A DNA stretch of 64,000 bases from an uncultured bacterium (GTDB taxonomy: Bacteria; Krumholzibacteriota; Krumholzibacteriia; LZORAL124-64-63). Below are positions 9,084 to 18,499 of the stretch, piece after piece (the first letter of the stretch is position 1; each line of letters opens with the position of its first letter). The notes beneath the pieces were generated by a model. It saw nothing but the letters and a program-made list of their open reading frames with translations. It was not told where the DNA came from and searched no databases. The translations under genes and the position numbers were made by a program. The stretch spans positions 17,933 through 81,932 of the forward strand of contig CALEMW010000069.1 in assembly GCA_937910695.1 (NCBI GenBank), in the 5' to 3' direction.

Positions 9084-12000
9084 CTACTTCGCCAACAACA
9101 TCTTGTGCGAGATCTCCCCGCCTTGATGCCTCAACCTCACGAAGTACACGCCCGACGCCGCGACCTGGCCCCGGTCGTCGACGCCGTCCCAGACCACGCG
9201 GTGGTCGCCGGCCGGCAGCGTGCCGTGCTGGAGCGTGCGCACGATGTGGCCTCGCACGTCCACCACGTCCAGGTTCACTTCGCCCGCAGCCGGCAGGGCG
9301 AAGATCACCGTCGTCGACGGGTTGAACGGGTTGGGGTAGTTGCCCGCGAGGGTCAGCAGGCGCGGGGCGTCGTCGGCGCCGGTGATGGTCTGCACCGTCA
9401 TGGTCACAGTCACGACCTCGGGGTCGGGCGCCGCGTTGTGGTGCACCATGACGTAGGCGACGTAGGTGCCGTCGGCCATGCCGGCGCTGACGCAGGTCAG
9501 GGTCACATCCTGGGAAGCGCCCTGGGCCAGCACGCCGGACGTCACGTCGGCGGACAGCCAGGTCACGGGCTCGAACAGGGTGAAGTCGGCGTCGCTGACG
9601 TCCGACACCGCGTCGTCGAGGCTCGCGACGCGGATGCGGGCGGTCGTCGTGCTCGGACCGTCGAGCACGGCCGTCAGCTCGCCGTCGTTCGGCGTGGTCG
9701 CAGCCAAGGTCGCCCAGGTGGTGCCGCCGTCACGGCTCAGCTCGACCTTCACGTCGGTCAGATCGCCGGCGTGGTCCCAGGTCAGACTGTGGCTCGTGCC
9801 CCAGCCCAGAGCCTCGCCGCCGTTGGGAGAGGTCACCGTCACCGACGGGCCCGATGCGGCCATGGTGAAGCTGCCGGTCAGGTCGTGGGGCGCAGAACCG
9901 TAGATGTCGCCCTGGACGAACCAGCCGAAGGTCTGCACGCCGGACAGCGAGCCGTCGAAGGTCACGTTGACCGTGGCGGTGGCCGTCTGGCCGCCGTGCA
10001 GGGCGCCCCAGCTGCCGTCGTTGCCGTGCCAGTTCACCGTCACGCCGTCGCCGGTGGTGCTGTCCCAGTTCAGGGGCGCCGAGCCGCCGCTGAAGGCGGT
10101 GGCCGAGTTCACGGTCACGCCGGAGGGGAAGGTCACCTCGATGTCGGTGAGCCACTCGTCGTCGCTGCTCCCGTTGGTGCAGGACAGATGCAGGTCGACG
10201 GTGGTTCCGGCGAAGAATCCGCTCTCGGTGCAGGTCACCGACGAGCCGGTCACGCTCTTCAGCCCGCGGGCGGGAGGCGTCTCGGCCTGGATCCCCAGGC
10301 TGAACTGGAGCTGGGAGTCGGGCTCGCCCGTGTTGGAGATGGTCAGCACGTCGGCGGTGATCACGTCGGGTGCCTGGGTGGCTGCGAAGGCCGTGCCGCT
10401 CAGGGCCAGGACCGGCGAAGCCAGGGCCACGTCGTCCACGAAGGGCTCGCGGTTCTGGGCGGTCACCACCACATGCAGGGGCTGGCCGCCGTCGGGCGTC
10501 GCCAGGAATACGATGTCCGCCGTGCCGGTGGCGCCCACGGTGCCGGCGCCGATCAGCGTCGTGCCCTGGCTCAAGCCGACGTAGCTGCCGGGGGACGCGG
10601 AGACGGTCAGGGACGTAGCGCCCAGCGCGCCGATGCTCACCGGGTTGGCCGCCGGCACGCCCATGTAGGTCGACAACGAAGGGTCGCCCAACAGGTTGTA
10701 GATGTTCCAGTAGTACGAGGTGCTGCCCGAGCCCGCTTCCTGCACGGCCAGGTTGCCGGCGAAGACGAGGGCGTCGTTGGTCACGTAGTACAGGTCCGCA
10801 GCCTCCCCGTGGTCGTGGAAGACGCCGTCGTAGGCGCCGGTGCCCGTGCCCGCGTAGGTGGGGTTGGCGTTGATGGACCCGGAGGCACACGATCCGACGC
10901 CCCACCAGAAGTCCTCGTCCCAGAGCGTGTTGTTCGAGGCGCCGATGTAGCCGATGGCGCCCTTGTTCGGCGCGCGCAGGAACGTCTCGCCGAAGCACTC
11001 GGCGTAGTTGAACGTGGCTGTGAGGCAGCAGTTGCCCACGGCCAAGGTGTACTTGCCCGCGTTGGTCAGGCTGTTGATGTTCGACTGGGTGAAGGTCGGA
11101 TCGGCCCAGCTGGTCTGGCTGCCGTGAGCGGTGTAGTTGATGTAGGCCACGCCGTCGCTGACGGTCTGGATGACGGCGCTTTCCACCGCACCGTTCGAAG
11201 CCGGGTACAGCCACGTGTTGCTGACCAGGTCGTGGGCGGCGTTGAAGTAGGTGTTGGTGCCGTAGTTGATCTGGCCGTTGCCGTGGGTCGGCGCGAAGCT
11301 CGCATCGACGCCGGCGATCATCGTGACCTCGCCCAGGTAGCTGGGGTCGGGCATGGTGAACTGGTCGTAGACGAGGGTCTTCTCGAGGATCGCCTGCAGC
11401 TGGCTCACGTTCGTGCACGAAAGACGGCCGTAGTAGATGTCGGGGACGTAGTCGCCGTCCATGGTGCAGTAGGGACGGTCGGTGGCGTCGCCGCCCACGG
11501 TCCAGGTGGGCATCTGACCGGTGTCGCCCACGAAGATCACGAAGCTCGGTGCCGGCGAAGCCGGCGTCGGGTTGTCGTACAGGTTCTGGATGAAGCTCTG
11601 GATCGACGTCGTCGTAGCACCGACCTCGGGCGTACCGGTGACCCCCACGATCACGTTGAAGCCGCGCTGGGTCTTCCAGTTCACGAAGTCGGTGAGGGTG
11701 TACTGGAACTCGGGAGGCGTGATGATCACCATCGTCACGACATCCTGGACATGGTCCGGGAAGCTGTCGTGCAATCCCCGCGAGCCGGTGAGCTGGTCGT
11801 AGAGATGGGTGTAGAAGGGGCTCCACGTTCCCTCGTAGAGATCGTCGCCGGCGACGCGGTCGCCGCCCTCGAACACCACGCGCAGATCCGCGCTCTCGAC
11901 GATCTCGAGTTCACCTGTTCCCGGCAGATAACGTATCGGGGAGTACTCCAGCCGCGCGAAGTCCACGCCGCGCAGACGGCCCTGGGGCACCACCACGGCG

Positions 12001-12476
12001 GTTTCGCGGGCCACCTTGACCACATCGTAGGCCGCGGTTTCGTACACGAAGGCCCAGTCGGCAGCTCCGACGTTCTTAGGCATGGACGGCTGGGCGGGCA
12101 TCACACGGATGTCGACGCCGTAGTCGGCCAACTTCACCGAACGAGTCACGAGGTTGGCGATCTCGACCCGTGCGGTTGCGCCGAAGGGCACCGCGATGAG
12201 CTCGTTCATCATGGGCAGCTCGGGGGCACCGAGGTCCTTGCTGGAATGGAATCCCGGCAGGACCAGGCGGGCGAAGTCGCCGCCCTTGGTCGCCACTTCC
12301 AAAGCTCGCAATTCGCCGACGGTGGCCCGAAAATTCAGCCCGGAACCGTCGGCGCCGACGAGTTCCAGTCCGTTGGTTTCAGGTCCGACCGGAATGGTGC
12401 GCGCGGGTGCGGCGAGGACCAAGCTCGGCACCAGCAGCAGGATAAGAATGAAAGCGAGCACGGATCGGCGTTCCAT
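9084..12476 (-). CDS. Gingipain-like C25 cysteine peptidase with propeptide, Ig-like domains and FlgD-Ig/T9SS-like C-terminal domain
   Basis: Signal peptide; propeptide GAPELP; FVGD and PDIYYGRLS; catalytic YTAHG and GNCCLT; YNLLGDPSL; tail NYPNPFNPST...WDG...ASGVYF...KMLLAK. Confidence 0.92.
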   Translation of the reverse strand: MERRSVLAFILILLLVPSLVLAAPARTIPVGPETNGLELVGADGSGLNFRATVGELRALEVATKGGDFARLVLPGFHSSKDLGAPELPMMNELIAVPFGATARVEIANLVTRSVKLADYGVDIRVMPAQPSMPKNVGAADWAFVYETAAYDVVKVARETAVVVPQGRLRGVDFARLEYSPIRYLPGTGELEIVESADLRVVFEGGDRVAGDDLYEGTWSPFYTHLYDQLTGSRGLHDSFPDHVQDVVTMVIITPPEFQYTLTDFVNWKTQRGFNVIVGVTGTPEVGATTTSIQSFIQNLYDNPTPASPAPSFVIFVGDTGQMPTWTVGGDATDRPYCTMDGDYVPDIYYGRLSCTNVSQLQAILEKTLVYDQFTMPDPSYLGEVTMIAGVDASFAPTHGNGQINYGTNTYFNAAHDLVSNTWLYPASNGAVESAVIQTVSDGVAYINYTAHGSQTSWADPTFTQSNINSLTNAGKYTLAVGNCCLTATFNYAECFGETFLRAPNKGAIGYIGASNNTLWDEDFWWGVGSCASGSINANPTYAGTGTGAYDGVFHDHGEAADLYYVTNDALVFAGNLAVQEAGSGSTSYYWNIYNLLGDPSLSTYMGVPAANPVSIGALGATSLTVSASPGSYVGLSQGTTLIGAGTVGATGTADIVFLATPDGGQPLHVVVTAQNREPFVDDVALASPVLALSGTAFAATQAPDVITADVLTISNTGEPDSQLQFSLGIQAETPPARGLKSVTGSSVTCTESGFFAGTTVDLHLSCTNGSSDDEWLTDIEVTFPSGVTVNSATAFSGGSAPLNWDSTTGDGVTVNWHGNDGSWGALHGGQTATATVNVTFDGSLSGVQTFGWFVQGDIYGSAPHDLTGSFTMAASGPSVTVTSPNGGEALGWGTSHSLTWDHAGDLTDVKVELSRDGGTTWATLAATTPNDGELTAVLDGPSTTTARIRVASLDDAVSDVSDADFTLFEPVTWLSADVTSGVLAQGASQDVTLTCVSAGMADGTYVAYVMVHHNAAPDPEVVTVTMTVQTITGADDAPRLLTLAGNYPNPFNPSTTVIFALPAAGEVNLDVVDVRGHIVRTLQHGTLPAGDHRVVWDGVDDRGQVAASGVYFVRLRHQGGEISHKMLLAK

Positions 12477-12600
12477 GGCATGACTCCGGGGCCAGGGGCA
12501 GTGATCAGACGATTATGACAATGGTATATCTATTATATCACGAAAGATTCACGGTCATATATTTTGATTTATTATTCTTTTTTGACGCGCCAAGCTTGAT

Positions 12601-13554
12601 TCAACCGCCGTTCAGCACCCGCCGTGTCATGGCGATCTTCTGGGGCCCGATCCGGCAACAGCCGCCGATGCCTTGCGCCCCTGCGGAGAACCATGACCGC
12701 ACGCGGTCTTCCCACAGCACGTCCGAGACGGCGGGACACCAGGTCCTGCTCGTCGCATCGTAGGTTTCACCGCTGTTGGGGTAGACGATGATCGGTCCGT
12801 CGGTCTCCGCACGTGCGGCGGAGATCAGCGCTGCGACATGATCCGGCGCCGTGCAGTTGACGCCCACGGCAACCACGCGCCCCGCCCCCGCACACAGGCG
12901 AACCGCATCGACGAAGCGGCTGCCGTCGTTCAAGTGGACGCCGTCACGGCAGCTGAAACTGAACCAGGCCCAGACGCCGGGCGTGTCTGCGAGCAGCCCC
13001 AGAAGCACGGCGGCCTCGCGGAGGGACGGGATCGTTTCGCAGGCCAGGAGATCGGCCTCCGTGTCGGCCAGGATCCCCCAGCGAGGAGCGTGAAAGGCCC
13101 GCAGAGCTCCGTCGTCGATGTCATAGCGGCCCGAATATTCCGAGCCGTCGGCTAGGTAGGCGCCGTAAGGACCGATGCTCGCCGCGATCAGCGGCGTCGA
13201 CCTCGCGGCGGCGGCCTCCTGGGATTCCAGGAACTCCCGCCGCGCCTTGACGGCGAGGTCGACCGAACTCCGGATCGCCGCCGCACCCGCCTCCGCGTTC
13301 AGGCCGCAGCGGGCGAAGCCGTCCAGGCTGGCCTGATAGCTCGCGGTGATCAGACAGTCTGCGCCCGCGCCCAGGAATTCCCGATGCACTCTGAGAACGG
13401 CGCCGGGATTCTCCAACAGGAGGCGGGCGGACCACAGCTCGTCGTTCAGATCGTGCCCATGCGCTTCCAGGGTCGTGGCCAGACCTCCGTCGAGAACGAC
13501 GAAGCCCTGTCGGTCGAGCATGTCCTTGAAGGGATCGACGAGACCTGGAACCAT
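12601..13554 (-). CDS. mmuM: Homocysteine S-methyltransferase
   Basis: LDGGLAT.LE, GPYGAYLADGSEY, GVNC, YPNSGE and GGCC zinc motifs; start overlaps the upstream stop (TGATG). Confidence 0.92.
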   Translation of the reverse strand: MVPGLVDPFKDMLDRQGFVVLDGGLATTLEAHGHDLNDELWSARLLLENPGAVLRVHREFLGAGADCLITASYQASLDGFARCGLNAEAGAAAIRSSVDLAVKARREFLESQEAAAARSTPLIAASIGPYGAYLADGSEYSGRYDIDDGALRAFHAPRWGILADTEADLLACETIPSLREAAVLLGLLADTPGVWAWFSFSCRDGVHLNDGSRFVDAVRLCAGAGRVVAVGVNCTAPDHVAALISAARAETDGPIIVYPNSGETYDATSRTWCPAVSDVLWEDRVRSWFSAGAQGIGGCCRIGPQKIAMTRRVLNGG

Positions 13555-15080
13555 CACGCACCCCCCGGTCCCCTCCCGCACCAGAACGTCCGCACATGAT
13601 GCGGATCGTCCGGTCCCGTAGGAAAGTCCAAAGGCGGCGACAACTCCACGGCCGTGCCGAACGCGTCGATGACCGCCCGCAGATATTCCTGATGATCGCC
13701 GCCGCGATGATTGTTTGCGAAGACCGCCACACCACCGTCGGCCAGCAGTTCCGCCGCCGCCAGCGCCAGGGGCCGCCACTCCTTCTCGACCGAAAACGAT
13801 CCGCCGTCCTTCGACGAGGCGAACACCGGCGGATCGCACACGATCAGATCGAAGGGCTGGAACTCTTCCGGCCGCTCCCGTCGGCGTCGTTGTTGGCGCT
13901 GCAGCCACTTGCGCACGTCCTGCTGCACGAACTTGCCGCGTTTCGTTTCGGTCAGCCCGTTGAGTTCGAAGTTGGTCATGCCGGTGCTGAGGCAGGCTCG
14001 AGCTACATCCACCGAAAAAGCCACCTCGGCAGCGGCGGCCGTCGCGGCCACGGAAAATGAGCAGGTGTAAGCAAACAGATTGGCCAATCGCTTCCCTGCG
14101 GCCATGACCGCGAGGCGGCGACGCGTATCGCGCTGATCGAGGAACAATCCCGTGTGCTGGGTTTCGGTAAGACTGACCTCATAACGAAGATCGTGCTCCC
14201 GCACCGTAAATCGAGCGGGAGGCGTCTCCCCGACGATGGTCGTCTCGGTCACCAGGGTCCGCTGATGAGGATTGCGACGATGGATGCGCATCGTGCCCCC
14301 GCGGCAGCCGTATGTGGCGGCCGTCCGGACGAGGATCGGCTCCAGAGCCGCACGGGCCGTGTCGAGATCGACTGACTCATCGAACCACACACCGTCGAAC
14401 CAGTCACCGTACACATCGACGGCGGCGGGCAGACCGGGGATCTCGTCGCGGTGGACGGCGCGGAAGGCGTCGGTGATCGCGGACAACCAGCGGCCGCGGC
14501 GGTCGCAGCACAGGTCGAAGGCCGGATCACGTCCCTCGGCCAGAGCCGCGAACGACGGGGGCGTCGGAGCCGTCATCGGTACAGAGAAATCGTTGCAGAC
14601 GATCTCGGCGCAATGGAGGCCGAGACGGGGCCAGGTTCGGCCGCCTGCGGATCCATCGCCAAGCAGAGGCACACCGGACGAGGCGGCGAGACGGCGAATC
14701 CTGTCGGAATCACCAACTTCGGCATCGGCTCGATAGAATACAAAACCGTCGCTGGCGTCGATGCGTTCGAAGCGGATCGGCGGCACCGCGTCGCCGAGAG
14801 GGTCGGTGCAGGTCCAGACATCGTCGCGGCCGAGGATGCGGACATCGACATGGGATATCAGATCGTAGACCGCGCGACCTTCAAGTTTCTGCGTTCCGGT
14901 GCCGGTGCAGAGAAAAACGCCGCTCGCGCCGCGCTCGAGACGACCGGTCGGACAGACTGCTTCTCCCAGATGGAGGGCTAGCCATTCGACAGCTCCGAGC
15001 TCCCCCGAACGCTCCGCTTCGGCAGCCATACCGGCGGGTTTATCCACCGCCAGGAGGTGATCGTCCCGGAAGAGAATCAT
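13554..15080 (-). CDS. RlmI/RlmK-type SAM-dependent rRNA methyltransferase with a degenerate N-terminal RluA-like pseudouridine synthase domain
   Basis: N-terminal ILFRDDHLLAVDKPAG, GRLERGASG, PLLGD and LGLHC; C-terminal TGLFLDQR, NLFAYTCSFSV and DLIVCDPP. Confidence 0.8.
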   Translation of the reverse strand: MILFRDDHLLAVDKPAGMAAEAERSGELGAVEWLALHLGEAVCPTGRLERGASGVFLCTGTGTQKLEGRAVYDLISHVDVRILGRDDVWTCTDPLGDAVPPIRFERIDASDGFVFYRADAEVGDSDRIRRLAASSGVPLLGDGSAGGRTWPRLGLHCAEIVCNDFSVPMTAPTPPSFAALAEGRDPAFDLCCDRRGRWLSAITDAFRAVHRDEIPGLPAAVDVYGDWFDGVWFDESVDLDTARAALEPILVRTAATYGCRGGTMRIHRRNPHQRTLVTETTIVGETPPARFTVREHDLRYEVSLTETQHTGLFLDQRDTRRRLAVMAAGKRLANLFAYTCSFSVAATAAAAEVAFSVDVARACLSTGMTNFELNGLTETKRGKFVQQDVRKWLQRQQRRRRERPEEFQPFDLIVCDPPVFASSKDGGSFSVEKEWRPLALAAAELLADGGVAVFANNHRGGDHQEYLRAVIDAFGTAVELSPPLDFPTGPDDPHHVRTFWCGRGPGGA

Positions 15081-16720
15081 CGGATCCGCTCGCCCCCCAC
15101 GAAGACGGCCGTCGGTACGGCCTTCAGCCAAGCCGTCGGCTCGTTGCGGGGATCGATGTCCATGACCGTCACATCGAAGAAGCAACCCGGCGCAATCCTG
15201 CCCAGATCCTCTTCGCGATGCACGGCATAGGCCGCTTCGGCGGTGAACCCGGCCACCGCTTCCTGCCAGGTCAGTCTCTGTTCCGGAAACCAACCGCCGT
15301 CCGGATGTCCCTCGACGTCCTGGCGTGTGATCGCTGCGTAGATGCCCGGCATGGGATTCCAGTCTTCCACCGGTGCGTCGCTGCCCAACGGCAGGTGTGT
15401 ACCTGCATCGACGAACGTACGCCAGGCATAGGCGCCCTTCACCCGCTCGGCCCCGAGCCTCTGCTCGGCCCAGCGCATGTCACTGGTGCAGTGGGTGGGT
15501 TGAACACTGGCGACTGCGCCTTCGGCGACGAAGCGAGCGAAGTCGTCGGGATGAACAACCTGGGCGTGCTCCACTCGATGCCGCCTGCCGAGCGCGCCGT
15601 ACTGCGCCTTATGGATGGCGTCGAGGGCCGTGCGATTGCCGCGGTCGCCGATGGCGTGGATCGCGCACTGAAACCCGCGACGGTGCACCATGTCGACCCG
15701 GCGCTCCAGCTCCATGGGATCGGTCACCAGCAGCCCGCGCTGGGTCGGCTCGTCGTCGTACACGGCGAGCAGAGCGGCACCCCGGCTGCCCAGGGCGCCG
15801 TCGGTGTAGTACTTCATGCCCTGAACCATGAAGTTGGGATGGGGGGCGTAGCGACTCATGGCGGCCATCGTGTCGTCTTCGGAACCTTCGAGGTACACGA
15901 ACAGACGGATCGGCAGGCGCCCCGCGATGGCCAGCCGCTCGGCGATATCGCAGGTGGCTGTATTCTGACCCATGTCGTGCACGGCGGTCAGACCGACGTC
16001 GGCACAGGCGTTCAAACCCGCCAGCAGCCAACGTTCGCGATCGGCGTCTGTAGGCACGGGCAGAACCGGATCGAGCAGATCGACGGCGTTGTCCACCAAT
16101 ACGCCGGTAGGCTCGCCGGCGGCGTCGCGCAGGATGCGGCCGCCATCGGGGTCTGGAGAGTCACGGGTGATGCGCGCCAGATCGAGCATCGTCCTGTTGA
16201 TCCAGGCGGCGTGGCCGTCGACGCGGCGCAGCACCATCGGCCGAGAGGAGACACCCTCGAGTTCACGCCACGAGGGAAACTCCCGATCCGGCCAGCGGCT
16301 CTGATCCCAGCCGCGACCGCGGACGACCGATACTTCGGGGTGGTCCTCGATCCAGGCTTGGACCAACGCAGCAGCTTCAGCCGCCGAGCCCGCGGACTCG
16401 AGGGCCACCTGTTCGCTACGCCTGCCGATGCCTGATACGTGCAGATGTGCATCGACCAGTCCGGCGGTGGCGAACGCACCTGGCAATTTGATGATCGGCC
16501 AGGGCGAACCCTTGGGCGTCTGGGCGTAGACTTCGACGATGCGGCCTGTCGCGTCGACTGCTACGGCTTCAGCTTGGGGCAGTTCGGCGTCGCCGGTCCA
16601 GAAGACGGGGCCGGTGTAGATGCGCATCGTGGCATCTACGTTTTCCACGGGGTTCTCCTGGGCTATGGCTACGCCGACGGCCAGCGCAACGATCAGTGCA
16701 ATGATCGTGATCGATCGCAT
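15077..16720 (-). CDS. Amidohydrolase family 3 (YtcJ-like), with signal peptide
   Basis: DAHLH, K..DGALGSRGA, HAIGD, RVEHAQ and LGSDAPV motifs. Confidence 0.9.
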   Translation of the reverse strand: MRSITIIALIVALAVGVAIAQENPVENVDATMRIYTGPVFWTGDAELPQAEAVAVDATGRIVEVYAQTPKGSPWPIIKLPGAFATAGLVDAHLHVSGIGRRSEQVALESAGSAAEAAALVQAWIEDHPEVSVVRGRGWDQSRWPDREFPSWRELEGVSSRPMVLRRVDGHAAWINRTMLDLARITRDSPDPDGGRILRDAAGEPTGVLVDNAVDLLDPVLPVPTDADRERWLLAGLNACADVGLTAVHDMGQNTATCDIAERLAIAGRLPIRLFVYLEGSEDDTMAAMSRYAPHPNFMVQGMKYYTDGALGSRGAALLAVYDDEPTQRGLLVTDPMELERRVDMVHRRGFQCAIHAIGDRGNRTALDAIHKAQYGALGRRHRVEHAQVVHPDDFARFVAEGAVASVQPTHCTSDMRWAEQRLGAERVKGAYAWRTFVDAGTHLPLGSDAPVEDWNPMPGIYAAITRQDVEGHPDGGWFPEQRLTWQEAVAGFTAEAAYAVHREEDLGRIAPGCFFDVTVMDIDPRNEPTAWLKAVPTAVFVGGERIR

Positions 16721-16728
16721 GAATCCTC

Positions 16729-18348
16729 CTAGTAGGACAGCTCGTTGGTGACCGTATCCCCTGCGGCCTGCCGCATCCGGAACTGATCCGGCCTGAGCTT
16801 CAGCACCTCGCGGCGCCAGGCCTCGGAGTATCCCACTTCCCTGGCCTGTCCGTCTTCGCGGACGTAGCCGTCGTTGTACTTCGTGAACAGGTGCTCGGCC
16901 AGCTCGGTCCAGCGGGCGGTAACACGCTCCCCGGCCGACACGGAGTAGGTTGTGAGATACTCGGCGGCGAGGTCCGGATCCTGTGCATAGAGCTTCGCGG
17001 CCGTCTCCTCCACCGCAGACTGCATGGCGAGGAACCCGTCCTCGAGATCACGCTGTACGGCGGTGATGTCCTCGATCATCAGCGAATACCTCAAGCTCGC
17101 ATAGTTGGCCACGATGTTGAAGACCCACCAGGCCGAATCCCAGGAAAACTCGCCCAACCGCCCCGCTGCATACGACGGCGGCCCAGCCGTAACGCCTGCA
17201 TAGAGGGGAAACCAAACGGTCGTCGCCGTGTCGTCGACCCCGTACCAGAGACAGCCGCCGACCGGGTCGGGCAAGGCGGCGCGGCACTGGGCGATCATCG
17301 AGAACCCCGTCTGCTGGGTCGAGATGGGGCGCTCCCAGGAGTAGGCCTCGCCGTCGATCTCCCAGGCCATCGGACGCCAGCGGTTGGGACAGGCGTAGGG
17401 GCCGGCGTCGACGCCGGCGGTCATGTCGAAGGGGGTGCCTTCGTAGTGGTCGCGCATCAGGCCCATGACCTGGCGCAGATCGATCTTCTCGTCGGGAGTG
17501 ATCCACAGCGGATAGCGCTCGGCCTCGGGATCGCCGCGATGGAAGGCCGGGTCGAAGTCCTGCGACGGCGCCGCGCGGCGGAACAGGCTCCACACCCGGG
17601 TGGCGCAGTAGCGCAGCTTCTGGACGTCGGCGGGGCAGTAGACCTTGGCGAAGTCGAGGGGACCATCGGCCGGGGTCCACCAGCCGTTGGCTTCGGCCAC
17701 GTCGAAGATGTTGGCCGAGTAGAGGGTGTTCTCGGGATCGTCGGTGGGGAACGTGCCGATGCGCGCCATGTTGGCGTGGGCGCTGATCGTGCCGTCCGGC
17801 AGCCTGCGCGCCACCCACACGACGCCCTTCACATCGCTGCCCGCACCGATCATCTCCATGATCCACACCTCGCGCGGATCGCAGATGGAGAACGACTCGC
17901 CGGTGCTGCGGTAGCCGTAGGTCTCCAGGAGTTCGGCGATGATCTCCACGGCATCGCGGGCGGTGTCCGCCCTCTCGAGGGTGAGGTTCATCAGTCCCCA
18001 GTAATGGATGCCCTCGTCCCGGTTCTGCAGTTCGAGGCGCCCGTCGAAGGTGGTTTCGCCGATGGCGACCTGGCGGTCGTTGATCAGGCGGGTCACGCCG
18101 TGGGAGTGGGCGGGTTGGGGAATTTCGGCCTGGAGTGTGCCGTCCCAGTGGCGGACCTCCTGCATCTCCCCCGGTTCATGCTCGGCCGCGGGCGTGAGCT
18201 GGAGCGTGGGGTGGAACACGCCGTCGCAGGTATAGGTGACGAAGGCGGAGCCGTCGGCCGAGGCGCCGGGGGTGACCAGCAGGTTGGTGCAGGCGTGGGC
18301 GGCCGGGGCCGCGGCGATCAGCAGCAGGGCAAGGATGACTTGGCGCAT
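16729..18348 (-). CDS. C69 family dipeptidase (Ntn hydrolase)
   Basis: Signal peptide ending AHA followed by nucleophile CTNLLV; IGETT, RDHYEGT and ERPIS motifs. Confidence 0.9.
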   Translation of the reverse strand: MRQVILALLLIAAAPAAHACTNLLVTPGASADGSAFVTYTCDGVFHPTLQLTPAAEHEPGEMQEVRHWDGTLQAEIPQPAHSHGVTRLINDRQVAIGETTFDGRLELQNRDEGIHYWGLMNLTLERADTARDAVEIIAELLETYGYRSTGESFSICDPREVWIMEMIGAGSDVKGVVWVARRLPDGTISAHANMARIGTFPTDDPENTLYSANIFDVAEANGWWTPADGPLDFAKVYCPADVQKLRYCATRVWSLFRRAAPSQDFDPAFHRGDPEAERYPLWITPDEKIDLRQVMGLMRDHYEGTPFDMTAGVDAGPYACPNRWRPMAWEIDGEAYSWERPISTQQTGFSMIAQCRAALPDPVGGCLWYGVDDTATTVWFPLYAGVTAGPPSYAAGRLGEFSWDSAWWVFNIVANYASLRYSLMIEDITAVQRDLEDGFLAMQSAVEETAAKLYAQDPDLAAEYLTTYSVSAGERVTARWTELAEHLFTKYNDGYVREDGQAREVGYSEAWRREVLKLRPDQFRMRQAAGDTVTNELSY

Positions 18349-18428
18349 GGGATCCTCCGAGTGGAATGGTGCGGAGGAATCCTAACCAGTTCGGGTCCGA
18401 ACGTCTGGACTTTTTCTCGAAATTCATC

Positions 18429-18457
18429 TTGATATTCGTACATATATCAATTATCTT
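18429..18457 (+). promoter_or_regulatory. Sigma70-like promoter of the HNH gene with an overlapping inverted-repeat operator
   Basis: TTGATA (18429-34)-N17-TATCTT (18452-57); inverted repeat TTGATAT-N8-ATATCAA at 18429-18450. Confidence 0.5.
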
Positions 18458-18499
18458 CCTTGTTCATCCCCTCCCGGATCGAGAGCGTGCCCCGTGTGC

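Noticed and set aside
9105..12518. 1137-aa plus-strand ORF and similar long antisense or alternate-frame ORFs (e.g. 9730-11826, 25937-27667, 30339-32063, 32438-34360)
   Set aside because: These are shadow ORFs typical of high-GC coding DNA. They overlap genes with clear family motifs and have no motifs of their own.
18429..18450. FNR box
   Set aside because: The TTGAT and ATCAA half-sites are 12 bp apart rather than 4.
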